Source: Defluviitaleaceae bacterium (GTDB lineage: Bacteria; Bacillota; Clostridia; Lachnospirales; WRAX01). From it: a stretch of 54,215 nucleotides of DNA. The DNA is taken from NCBI GenBank assembly GCA_009780485.1, contig WQZZ01000002.1, positions 1-54,215 of the forward strand, in the 5' to 3' direction. The first letter of the stretch is position 1; the number at the start of each line of letters is the position of its first letter. Positions 8,925 to 17,389 of the stretch are shown here, piece by piece. The notes beneath the pieces are model-generated. The model ran no database searches. It was not told the origin of the DNA and saw nothing but the letters and a program-made list of their open reading frames with translations. Both the position numbers and the translations under genes were made by a program.

Positions 8925-9989
8925 TTATTTTTCTCCTAAAAATTGCAAATATCGTGTAACCCCTTCCTCTGTACGTACAGATGGGGCATATCCCAGCATA
9001 TTTTTGATTTTGTTCAGGTCTGGACAACGTCTTTGTGGGTTGTCGGTGTTATAATGCTTGTCTGGGTGTGTACGCATAACAATTTCCTCTTTGTAGCCAA
9101 ACATTTCTTTTGCGACACCTTGATAAATCCCAGCAAGCTCACGTATAGTAATTTCAGCCATATCATTGCCTGCGTTAAAAGCATCAAATTTACCGTATAA
9201 AGCACATTTTAGCGATGCGACAGTCATGTCCGTGCCATAACAAAAGGTTCGTGTAGCCTTCCCGTCACTATAAAGAGTTATTGGTTCGCCATTAAGCACA
9301 TTCATGGCAAAGTCCGCTGGCGCACGCTTATCATTAACACGCAAACCTGGACCATAACTGTTAAAGGGGCGTATTATTGTAGACGGAAACCCTCTCGAAT
9401 GATAGAAATTGTAACAAAGGGTTTCGGCATAACGCTTTGACTCGTCATAACAGGCACGTGGTCCAACTGGGTTTACATTGCCCCAATAATTTTCTGGTGT
9501 TGGCACTTTGGTATTACACGGGTCGCCATAAATTTCGCTGGTGGAATAAAACAAAAGGTTGTATATACCTTTGTTTTCATAAAAGTCCAGCAGACGACGC
9601 AAACCAACAACATCAGCATCCATGGTTTGGATGGGATGCAAACGATAATACACAGGCGAAGCTAAAGATGCCATATGAAAAATCAAATCAGCATCACTCG
9701 CAAATGAAAAATCATAGTCAACAACATCACCTTCATGTATGGTAAAAAGCGGATGCCCTTGCAACCCGTCCACCCATTCGGGTTTGCCAAAAACATAATT
9801 ATCCAGGGCATACACGTGTTTTACACCAAGCTCCTGCCCATATTTTGCAAAAAACTGCATCATAAAAAAACCGAGCGAACCCGCAAAACCAGTAATAAAG
9901 ACGGTTTTGTCAGAAAGTTTGCGATGCTCCTCATCGCTAAGTCCCTGCATAATATTTAACAAATCTTCTTGTAAAATTTTACCTTGCAT
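8925..9989 (-). CDS. NAD-dependent epimerase/dehydratase, UDP-glucuronate decarboxylase (UDP-xylose synthase)-like
   Basis: Rossmann motif VFITGFAGSLG, catalytic STSEIYG and YDESKRYAE (YxxxK). Lies directly downstream of the UDP-glucose dehydrogenase. Start chosen at ATG 9989 after GGAGTG; the track start is 10016. Confidence 0.7.
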   Translation of the reverse strand: MQGKILQEDLLNIMQGLSDEEHRKLSDKTVFITGFAGSLGFFMMQFFAKYGQELGVKHVYALDNYVFGKPEWVDGLQGHPLFTIHEGDVVDYDFSFASDADLIFHMASLASPVYYRLHPIQTMDADVVGLRRLLDFYENKGIYNLLFYSTSEIYGDPCNTKVPTPENYWGNVNPVGPRACYDESKRYAETLCYNFYHSRGFPSTIIRPFNSYGPGLRVNDKRAPADFAMNVLNGEPITLYSDGKATRTFCYGTDMTVASLKCALYGKFDAFNAGNDMAEITIRELAGIYQGVAKEMFGYKEEIVMRTHPDKHYNTDNPQRRCPDLNKIKNMLGYAPSVRTEEGVTRYLQFLGEK

Positions 9990-9994
9990 CTTCA

Positions 9995-11227
9995 TCACTC
10001 CAAAAAATATCTGCAATCCACAAATGTTTTATCTTTGAATTCTTGGTTAATGCCTTTGAAATCGCTCCAAGCCGTCACAAGGGCGATGGTGTCGCAAACC
10101 TCGCACAACTCCTTGGCGGACTTTGCGTACTTAATGTCAAAATCATAATGCTTTTGAAATTCATCATTTGCCATGGGGTCATACCCCCAGATATTACCAT
10201 AACCCGCCTTAATCAACTCTCCAATAATTTTGGCAGCAGAACTGTCCCTTACATCATCAGACCCTGCCTTAAAGGAAAGTCCCAAAACTCCAATTACGTC
10301 CCCTTTACCTCTGGTCGCCTTAATGATTTTTTGTGCGGTTATAACTGGCATTTCATTGTTAAGGGATATTACACTTTCCAAAATATTCATATCACGCCCA
10401 CGGTTACGTCCCAGTGCCGCCAGAGCTTCCGTGTCTTTTGGCAGACAATATCCCCCATATCCACAACCAGGATAAATATAGGAATTTATACCCGCATCCG
10501 CCAACCGCTTATCTTCATGCAAAACCTTAAAAGCCTTTGCAATTTCAATATCACCCACCGTATCTGCAAGTATTGACATTTCGTTTGCATAACTGATAAG
10601 GGTTGCCAGCAAAGAATTGGACAAATACTTAATAAATTCTGAGGTGCTTGGCGTTACAAAGCGAACAGGTGCATTAAACGGCTCATAAACCTTTGCCAGC
10701 ACTTCCTTAGCCCCATCACAACTCACTCCGCAAACAACCCTATCAGGATACATAAAATCTTCCCAACAATACCCTTCACGCAAAAATTCTGGATTTGAAG
10801 CAACAGCATTCTTCGTCCCTTTGCTAGAAATATAATCCACAACACGCCCAACACTTCCAGGAGGCACAGTGGACTTTACAACAAAAACACATCTTTCTGA
10901 CACATTGCCAATTACATCGTCAATTACACTAAAAACATAGGACAAATCAGCACTGCCATCAGGAAGCCCAGGCGTACCCACGCATAAAAAACAAATGTCG
11001 CAGTCAATAACAGCTTCCACGGCAGAACCTGACACATGAAAGGTCTTACCAAGATTGCGTACCAAAGCCTCACCCAGCCCAGGCTCATAAAACGGCACAC
11101 CGCCACCCGATATAACACCACTACGTTCTGAACTTATATCGAAGCCACGCACCATAAAACCCTTATCTGCAAACCCAAGACCAGTGGTAAGCCCTACAAA
11201 CCCCAAGCCAAAAACCGAAATCCTCAC
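9995..11227 (-). CDS. ugd: UDP-glucose/GDP-mannose dehydrogenase family protein, probably UDP-glucose 6-dehydrogenase
   Basis: N-terminal ISVFGLGFVGLTTG Rossmann motif and catalytic-Cys motif GYGGYCLPKD. GTG start. Confidence 0.8.
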   Translation of the reverse strand: MRISVFGLGFVGLTTGLGFADKGFMVRGFDISSERSGVISGGGVPFYEPGLGEALVRNLGKTFHVSGSAVEAVIDCDICFLCVGTPGLPDGSADLSYVFSVIDDVIGNVSERCVFVVKSTVPPGSVGRVVDYISSKGTKNAVASNPEFLREGYCWEDFMYPDRVVCGVSCDGAKEVLAKVYEPFNAPVRFVTPSTSEFIKYLSNSLLATLISYANEMSILADTVGDIEIAKAFKVLHEDKRLADAGINSYIYPGCGYGGYCLPKDTEALAALGRNRGRDMNILESVISLNNEMPVITAQKIIKATRGKGDVIGVLGLSFKAGSDDVRDSSAAKIIGELIKAGYGNIWGYDPMANDEFQKHYDFDIKYAKSAKELCEVCDTIALVTAWSDFKGINQEFKDKTFVDCRYFLE

Positions 11228-11267
11228 GGCATCACACCCCTTTTCTAAACGTAACTATTTTTAGCAT

Positions 11268-12038
11268 CTACCATACCTTCCACTTCGCTTTATCTTTTGC
11301 CCAAGCATCTTCAAGGGCGTGTTTATCACGCTGGGTATCCATGCACGCCCAAAAACCGTAATGTTTATAAGCCTGCAACTTGCCTATTTTGCTTAATTTG
11401 CTCATGGGGTCTTGTTCCAGTACTGTTGAATCGCCATCAATATATCCAAAAAGCTGGGGGTCAGCCACCATGAAGCCGCCATTTATCCAAGAGGTGTCCT
11501 CCGTTGCCTTCTCCCTAAAGGATGCAACTGTTATACCCTCAATATCCAAAACACCAAAACGACCACCAGGTCTAATTGCGGTGGTTGTCAATATCGCACC
11601 CTGCGCTTTGTGTTGCGACAAAAGTGCGTTCAAATCCACATTTGACACGCCATCCCCATATGTCAGCATAAATGTCTCGTTGCCCACATAAGGCTTAATG
11701 CGTTTAACACGACCGCCAGTCATGGTGTCCTTGCCAGTGTCTATTAAGGTAACGCGCCATGGTTCTGCCAAATTGCTGTGCATTTCCATGATGCCACCTT
11801 TTGTAAAGTCGAATGTCATATCGCTGTGGCGTAAATAATAATTAGCAAAATATTCCTTTATCATCCAACCCTTATATCCGCAACAAATCACAAAATCATT
11901 AAAACCAAATGATGAATAGTACCGCATGATATGCCACAAAATGGGCTTTTCGCCAATTTCTATCATAGGTTTTGGTCTTAGGTGGCTTTCTTCTGAAATA
12001 CGTGTGCCATATCCACCTGCTAGGATAACAACTTTCAC
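11268..12038 (-). CDS. rfbF: glucose-1-phosphate cytidylyltransferase
   Basis: MKVVILAGGYGTRISEESHLRPKPMIEIGEKPILWHIMRYYSSFGFNDFVICCGYKG is near-canonical RfbF/DdhA sequence. Confidence 0.85.
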   Translation of the reverse strand: MKVVILAGGYGTRISEESHLRPKPMIEIGEKPILWHIMRYYSSFGFNDFVICCGYKGWMIKEYFANYYLRHSDMTFDFTKGGIMEMHSNLAEPWRVTLIDTGKDTMTGGRVKRIKPYVGNETFMLTYGDGVSNVDLNALLSQHKAQGAILTTTAIRPGGRFGVLDIEGITVASFREKATEDTSWINGGFMVADPQLFGYIDGDSTVLEQDPMSKLSKIGKLQAYKHYGFWACMDTQRDKHALEDAWAKDKAKWKVW

Positions 12039-12448
12039 CTGCGTCCCACCTCCATGACCTTCAAATCGCTTTTAATTTGAGATGTGGAAATCTCTTGCGT
12101 TCTAGGAAGATAAATAACTTCACAAAACTCTTTCAAATAATCAAATTTGCCTTCCCAATCATCTCCCATAACAAAAACATCAGCCCGATACAACTTAATG
12201 TCGTTGGCTTTCTGCTCCCATGTTTCTTCGGGTATCACCAAGTCAACAAATCTAAGGGCTTCTAAAAGCAACTTGCGTTCTTCATAGCTGAAATAAGGCT
12301 TTTTATTTTTATGTTCTGCACTAAACTCATCACAGGACAAGGCGACGATTAGATAATCGCCCATCTCTTTTGCTCGCCTAAGCAAATGTATATGTCCGTA
12401 ATGCAACAAATCAAAAGTGCCGTATGTTATCACTCGCTTCATCTGCAA
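12035..12448 (-). CDS. tagD: glycerol-3-phosphate cytidylyltransferase
   Basis: VITYGTFDLLHYGHIHLLRRAKEMGDYLIVALS carries the HxGH cytidylyltransferase signature. Size (137 aa) is typical of TagD/TarD. Confidence 0.9.
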   Translation of the reverse strand: MQMKRVITYGTFDLLHYGHIHLLRRAKEMGDYLIVALSCDEFSAEHKNKKPYFSYEERKLLLEALRFVDLVIPEETWEQKANDIKLYRADVFVMGDDWEGKFDYLKEFCEVIYLPRTQEISTSQIKSDLKVMEVGRR

Positions 12449-12461
12449 ACTGCCCCCTTTA

Positions 12462-14042
12462 TTAATTTAAGATTAGGTTTTTAACATATTCAAAAATCCT
12501 CGCACCTGCCATGCCGCCATCTTCTGTAAATGCTTCACGGTAGCTTTTTGCCCGTTTTTCCACAACTTCCGACGTGTTTTTGTCAGATGACACATAGGAA
12601 ATAAAGTCATCCAAGTTAAAAGTATCGCTTTCACAATCGGCATACCAATACAAACCCCTAGTAACGTCAGGCTCCTTGAAGTTCGTTTTTTTCGCAATGC
12701 CCAAGGTATTGCAACCAGCAATAAAGGTCTTTGGCTCAATCCTCAAGGCGGGCTTGCCTGTAAAAGCGTACATATATAACACGGAGCTAATGTCGCCATA
12801 ATAAGCATCTGACCAAGCTATGGCTCGATGCAAGTCATGTGTTTCGTCTAAAATACCAATCCCACTTTTAACAAAAACATCCATTACTTTTTTAATTTGT
12901 TGGGCGGCCTCTGGATATGTCTTTCTTAGTATATCTCCAAGGAAAGGGTGGGGTCTCCACCACAAAACGGCATCTTTTCTTCCTGAAAAAACAGAAATTA
13001 TGTCAAGGAGCTTTTGAAGGTATACCGCAATTGATGAAGCTTGTCCAGCACCCACCAGAGACGAATTGTAAAGTATAACCTTTCTATCACCAATAACATC
13101 TAGCCATTCCTTCGGCATTACAAATTCTTCCTGACTTGAATTAATAGTCTTATCAATTTTAGGATGACCCAAAGCAACAAACTTATCAAGCTTGCGTTCA
13201 TCATCTTCGGTTTTCACACCAAGAGCCTTCCTGTTTGCCCCTTGGTATATCTGCTTAACATTTTCGGATTGCGTTATAACCAAATCAGCATTAACACTTC
13301 CAGGTGTTGCAAATAGGTTGTAATTATCCTTGTTTTCGTGGCTGCTTGCAACAATATGTTTATCAACAAATTCCTTTCTTGCATCATCGTCACCCGCCAC
13401 TTTGTCGATAAATATATGATACGGCACATATACCAACATATCTGTTGCTTCTTTAAGGTTTTCAACATAATAATCAGGATGTATTGTAACCGTGCCAGAA
13501 CCTAAGTTGTAAGGGCAGAACGTAAAAATAGCATCAGGGCGGCGTGCCTTGATGTCATATTTTTGGTAATCCGTTATCTCGAACCTTTCGTCATAAAACC
13601 CTAATGCTTCCAGATGGGTTTCATCTGGTATTTCACCATCCTTGTGGACTATATAAGGGACAGAAACCCAATACGCATCACAACTAGGGTCGGATTTTGC
13701 GGCTAAATAAATCGACTCTATACTATCGCTCTGTGCGACCTTGTGGCTTATAAACGCAATCTCAAAACAAGTTGGCTTTAGCTCTAACCTCACACTGTTT
13801 TCGATTTTCACAATTTGCTCATCCAACAATCCATCAACGTTTTCACCATTGTGTGCCTTGAACAAAAGTTCGCAATACTCCACAATAAGCTCTACGGTGA
13901 CAGTGCCTTCACCCACAACATCCTCAATAAAATCACAAATAGACAAAGCTGCTTCTTGACATTCGGCATACATACTAGAGGACTGGGCATTTTCTATAGT
14001 TTTTAGCAAATCTAAAATTTGGCTTTGATGCTGTTTCTTCAT
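12462..14042 (-). CDS. putative CDP-glycerol glycerophosphotransferase-like (TagB/TagF-fold) protein
   Basis: C-terminal half (VLWWRPHPFL ... DLHRAIAWSDAYYGDISSVLYMYAFTGKP) resembles the TagF catalytic region. Sits directly downstream of tagD. Confidence 0.5.
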   Translation of the reverse strand: MKKQHQSQILDLLKTIENAQSSSMYAECQEAALSICDFIEDVVGEGTVTVELIVEYCELLFKAHNGENVDGLLDEQIVKIENSVRLELKPTCFEIAFISHKVAQSDSIESIYLAAKSDPSCDAYWVSVPYIVHKDGEIPDETHLEALGFYDERFEITDYQKYDIKARRPDAIFTFCPYNLGSGTVTIHPDYYVENLKEATDMLVYVPYHIFIDKVAGDDDARKEFVDKHIVASSHENKDNYNLFATPGSVNADLVITQSENVKQIYQGANRKALGVKTEDDERKLDKFVALGHPKIDKTINSSQEEFVMPKEWLDVIGDRKVILYNSSLVGAGQASSIAVYLQKLLDIISVFSGRKDAVLWWRPHPFLGDILRKTYPEAAQQIKKVMDVFVKSGIGILDETHDLHRAIAWSDAYYGDISSVLYMYAFTGKPALRIEPKTFIAGCNTLGIAKKTNFKEPDVTRGLYWYADCESDTFNLDDFISYVSSDKNTSEVVEKRAKSYREAFTEDGGMAGARIFEYVKNLILN

Positions 14043-14272
14043 AACTCGACCTCCTGTCGATATTACTATAATCAGCTCGAACCTATATTATACCAAATTG
14101 TAACAATTTTTTCAAGCGTTTTTGAAAATTTGTTAATGACAGCCAACATAAGCCTAATGGGGCGGTCTTACCTTAAGGTTATTTTCCTGCTGTGTTAACC
14201 AAGGGTTGTCTTAAGTTTATTGATACATATGAACTATTGTTTGCAATACCCGAAAGGGATATATACAACAGA

Positions 14273-14314
14273 CAAAAAAGCCACCCACTCCTTTTGGAGC
14301 GGGGCGGCTTTTTG
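14273..14314 (-). terminator. orphan rho-independent terminator, proposed original ssrA terminator
   Basis: A-run, GCCACCCACTCC / GGAGCGGGGCGGC imperfect GC-rich stem, T-run. No minus-strand gene lies immediately upstream except across the ICE junction at 14428. Confidence 0.5.
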
Positions 14315-14427
14315 TATTCCGTTTAGCACAATTTGATTGCTTCGTACAAAATCACCTTTCAATCACGGTCCTGTAAAATCCATTTACAAAAATGAGTTTT
14401 ACAGGGTTCGGATTTGAATGGAATAAC

Positions 14428-14455
14428 TGGAGGTGGGTATGTCATAGTCGAACAC
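14428..14455. other. attL of the ICE (core TGGAGG plus element-side arm)
   Basis: TGGAGG (14428-14433) is identical to the ssrA 3' end at 47549-47554. AGTCGAACAC (14446-14455) is the exact inverted copy of GTGTTCGACT (47525-47534). Confidence 0.6.
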
Positions 14456-14596
14456 CTAATTTACTACAAATGCAGACTAATACTCATTTCCTCATTCACC
14501 TAGTTAAAAAAGGTCAGAGATTTAATGCCCTTTCCCGCTATTGTCAAATCCCAATATTTTATCACTGGCAGAGTATTCGGGATAATTGTAAAAATA

Positions 14597-14628
14597 TAAA
14601 AAAGGCGACCTTCGAGGTTGCCTTTTTT
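14597..14628. terminator. bidirectional rho-independent terminator after the XRE gene
   Basis: A-run, GGCGACCT tcg AGGTTGCC (one G-U), TTTTTT. Confidence 0.65.
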
Positions 14629-14675
14629 ACTTGTCTTAAATCTCAAAGCAAAACCTACTGGGTGAAAAGAAAAAT

Positions 14676-14897
14676 CTATATTTGCTCACCAGTATCATTA
14701 AGAGTTAGGCTCACATTAAAAGTACATCCAAGAACCCTTGCCATCTCGTGCAATTCATTTTCTGTAAAATTATCCCTTTTTAGCTTATTGCTTAGGTTGG
14801 ATGGTGCTGTGCCTATCCCTTCCGCTAATTCCTTTAAGGTCATACCCCTCTTTATGAGGGCTATTTTTATTTTTTCTGCCATGTACATTTTGACCAT
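14676..14897 (-). CDS. XRE-family helix-turn-helix transcriptional regulator
   Basis: IKIALIKRGMTLKELAEGIGTAPSNLSNKLKRDNFTENEL is a Cro/C1-type HTH. The start may be an internal ATG (14888 or 14882). Confidence 0.8.
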   Translation of the reverse strand: MVKMYMAEKIKIALIKRGMTLKELAEGIGTAPSNLSNKLKRDNFTENELHEMARVLGCTFNVSLTLNDTGEQI

Positions 14898-15006
14898 TTC
14901 CCCCTACTCGTTGGATTTTGGATTTAGTGTAACACACTTATAAAAAATAATCAACACTTATTTTATAATTTAATATAGAATTTATGAAAAAAGTTACAAA
15001 AAAAGC

Positions 15007-15035
15007 TTGACAAAGATATAAATATAGTGTATAAT
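15007..15035 (+). promoter_or_regulatory. consensus sigma-A promoter of the J-domain gene
   Basis: TTGACA (15007-15012), 17 nt, TATAAT (15030-15035). Confidence 0.65.
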
Positions 15036-15079
15036 ATAACTATAAATCAAATTAAATAACTTAGGAGGAAACAAACACC

Positions 15080-15604
15080 ATGAAAAGAAACCAAAGTAAC
15101 ACAAAGAATTACAAATACTTCACCCCAACCCCACAAACAGCAGAAGAAACTAAAAAGATGTACAGAAAACTAGCCAAACAATATCATCCAGACAATGGGG
15201 GCGATACCCAAAAGATGTCAGAAGTAAACAACGAATATCACGAGTTATGGGAGAAACTCAAAAATGTACACGTAAACGCTAAGGGTGAGCAATACGAAAG
15301 AGAAACTAACGAAACCCCAGAAGAATTTATAAACCTAATCAATATATTAATGGGATTAGAAGGGATTGTAATTGAAATTATCGGTTGCTTTGTTTGGGTC
15401 AGTGGTGACACAAAACCCCATAGAGAAGCATTAAAAGCACTTAAATTCCGTTGGCACTCTAAAAAGCTTTGTTGGTATTTAGCCCCGGAGGATTACAAAC
15501 CAAGAAGCCGTAAGGATTACGATATGGACGAAATCCGCCATATGTACGGCACAAGTGGGGAAGTGAATAGCAACGGCATGAGCAAAATATCTGTAACGAG
15601 TTAG
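15080..15604 (+). CDS. J-domain (DnaJ-like) protein with unrelated C-terminal domain
   Basis: AGGAGGAAA RBS. KMYRKLAKQYHPDNGGDTQKMSEVNNEYHELWEKL contains the HPD motif. The C-terminus CFVWVSGDTKPHREALKALKFRWHSKKLCWY has no Zn-finger or G/F region. Confidence 0.75.
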   Translation: MKRNQSNTKNYKYFTPTPQTAEETKKMYRKLAKQYHPDNGGDTQKMSEVNNEYHELWEKLKNVHVNAKGEQYERETNETPEEFINLINILMGLEGIVIEIIGCFVWVSGDTKPHREALKALKFRWHSKKLCWYLAPEDYKPRSRKDYDMDEIRHMYGTSGEVNSNGMSKISVTS

Positions 15605-15744
15605 AAAGGGGCTTTAGGATAGAGTGGCTTAAAAGTGAAAATTATGGGCTATGCAGGTACGAAGAACTAAAAACATGATTGAGTGGCAGGGGGTGGTATG
15701 GTCTACCCCTTGCATAAAAAATAAAACTTCTTGGAGGATTTAAT

Positions 15745-16128
15745 ATGCAATCAATAGAATTTCAAATAAGCGAAATAATGAAAACAACCGAATGGAGGCA
15801 GGTTAATGACTTTTTCTGGAACTTAAAATACCCTAACCTCAATTGGAAAGATTGGCATATAGATAAAAAAGGCAAGTTAGAAATTTTACTTAATCCGCCC
15901 AATGGTGCATTTGAAACAGACTATGTGTTTGATAGTGGGTACTGTGTGAAGATTGCCAAAGAGATTGAGAAGCAACGGGCAGAAACATTTAATACTGTTA
16001 TAGAAGCTGAAATCAAACAACAGCTTGATTTTCTCGGTGTCAATAAGATTGTTTTCAAAAGCCGTGTTGTACTTACAAAATCGGGGAGTTATTCCAAAAT
16101 AATGAGCTTTTCTAGGGTTTTGGAGTGA
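15745..16128 (+). CDS. hypothetical protein (127 aa)
   Basis: TGGAGGA RBS before ATG 15745. No recognisable motif. Confidence 0.5.
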   Translation: MQSIEFQISEIMKTTEWRQVNDFFWNLKYPNLNWKDWHIDKKGKLEILLNPPNGAFETDYVFDSGYCVKIAKEIEKQRAETFNTVIEAEIKQQLDFLGVNKIVFKSRVVLTKSGSYSKIMSFSRVLE

Positions 16129-16178
16129 TTTAACGGTCTTAATGCGTTACGAAATCTAAATGAAAGTCGAAAAACTTC

Positions 16179-16207
16179 TTGACAATACTATAAATTTATA
16201 GTATAAT
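16179..16207 (+). promoter_or_regulatory. consensus promoter with an embedded palindromic operator for the toxin-antitoxin pair
   Basis: TTGACA (16179-16184), 17 nt, TATAAT (16202-16207). The spacer contains the perfect palindrome CTATAAATTTATAG (16188-16201). Confidence 0.65.
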
Positions 16208-16230
16208 ACATTATGAGGGGAGGAAATACA

Positions 16231-16560
16231 TTGAATATCATAAATTACGAAACATCGGGCGGTAAAGATTTAATACGTGAATATATTAATGACCTGCCCA
16301 AAAATGAGAAACTAGAATTTTTTGACATCATAATAACCATAGAAGAAGATGGATACCCAGCCCTTAAAAACATCAACACCAGACATCTAATGGGCAAAAT
16401 GTGGGAAATAAAATTCTCACAAAACCGCATAATGTATATAGTGGCTGATGCTGATAACATTTATTTCCTCCACGCTTGCAAGAAACAAAAAGGCAAGGCT
16501 GAAAAATTTGAGCTTGAAACAGCCGTAAAGCGAGCTAAAGAGTTTGGATTAAAAGTTTAA
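16231..16560 (+). CDS. type II toxin, RelE/ParE superfamily (phage Gp49-like / HigB-like)
   Basis: ETSGGKDLIREYINDLPKNEK ... MWEIKFSQNRIMYIV ... FLHACKKQKGKAEKFELETA matches the Gp49/DUF891 pattern. TTG start at 16231 follows GGAGGAAA; the track start is 16213. Confidence 0.65.
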   Translation: MNIINYETSGGKDLIREYINDLPKNEKLEFFDIIITIEEDGYPALKNINTRHLMGKMWEIKFSQNRIMYIVADADNIYFLHACKKQKGKAEKFELETAVKRAKEFGLKV

Positions 16561-16613
16561 TAAGGGTTAATCATTTATTTAACTTGTTATATTATAGTGA
16601 AGGAGGGCTTTTG

Positions 16614-16922
16614 ATGCCTGGAAGAAAAGTTGACATTGACGAAATCAAAAGGGAAAGGCAAGAGTTAATTAATTCTGACCCCGAATTGGCAAAAGCTTCG
16701 GAGGAATGGAACAAAGAATATGTATTCCGCAAAAAACTGACGCAAGCCCGCAAAGAAGCAGGACTTACCCAAAAAGAGCTTGAAAATCTTTCTGGGTTAG
16801 ACCAACGCACCATCAGTCGCATGGAGATTGACGAAAAAATCAGCCCTAGCATTAGGACGCTGATTAAGTATCTAGGTGCTTTGGGGTATCAATTGGATAT
16901 TACCAAAGCTACAGCAGAATAA
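16614..16922 (+). CDS. XRE-family HTH antitoxin (HigA-like)
   Basis: GAAGGAGGG RBS before ATG 16614. LTQARKEAGLTQKELENLSGLDQRTISRMEID is an HTH. Lies immediately downstream of the Gp49-like toxin. Confidence 0.65.
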   Translation: MPGRKVDIDEIKRERQELINSDPELAKASEEWNKEYVFRKKLTQARKEAGLTQKELENLSGLDQRTISRMEIDEKISPSIRTLIKYLGALGYQLDITKATAE

Positions 16923-16928
16923 TTTCAT

Positions 16929-16956
16929 GGGACGGTCAACCCGTCCTTTTTCTTTT
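16929..16956 (+). terminator. rho-independent terminator
   Basis: GGGACGG tcaa CCCGTCC followed by TTTTTCTTTT. Confidence 0.8.
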
Positions 16957-17222
16957 CACACAGTCTTAAATTTAACAACTGAAAATTTTGCTGTTGTGCT
17001 ACTTGAACATACATAAAGATAATAAGAGTATTAAAATTAAAGATTTAAGCCGATGCCGTCATGGCTCAAAATCCCTTGATTGCGAGGTTTGGACTGGATG
17101 AAGCCATGTAACAAATTACAAAACCCAAAACATCAAAATAAAAAATACACTGCACTAAAATACAAAGTCCACAAAGTATCTTGCATTTTTATGTATATCC
17201 ATAACATAAATATTTCATAAAA

Positions 17223-17262
17223 TGTCAGATTATTGTGCATAAGGTGTCAGATTATTGTGCAT
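17223..17262. repeat. two tandem 18-bp direct repeats (iteron-like)
   Basis: TGTCAGATTATTGTGCAT at 17223-17240 and 17245-17262, period 22 bp. Confidence 0.85.
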
Positions 17263-17300
17263 GAAATTAAAAATTTTGGTCTAAATGAATGTCTTAAAAT

Positions 17301-17338
17301 CAAAAAAACCAGAAAACCGCTTGGCGATTTTCTGGTTG
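17301..17338 (-). terminator. rho-independent terminator ending the long minus-strand ICE operon
   Basis: On the minus strand, AACCAGAAAA-TCGCCAAGCGG-TTTTCTGGTT is followed by TTTTTTTG. Confidence 0.75.
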
Positions 17339-17389
17339 AGGACATTTTGAATATGAGAGTAAATAAAAAATGACTGTTTACAAACCTTC

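Noticed and set aside
10043-10576. Long antisense ORFs inside large genes (10043-10576; 29784-30278; 50985-51557; 52953-53462 and similar)
   Set aside because: They are fully embedded antisense or out-of-frame within genes that have strong family signatures. They lack RBS and have biased composition.
14392-14943. 183-aa plus-strand ORF spanning attL to beyond the XRE gene
   Set aside because: It runs antisense through the XRE gene and across a bidirectional terminator. It has no RBS and a low-complexity, stop-poor composition, so it is a shadow ORF.
17071-17110. Weak resemblance (GCGAGG...GGACTGG) to the ssrA 3' end as an alternative left ICE boundary
   Set aside because: Similarity is scattered. 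There is no shared core plus symmetric inverted 10-mer of the kind found at 14428-14455.
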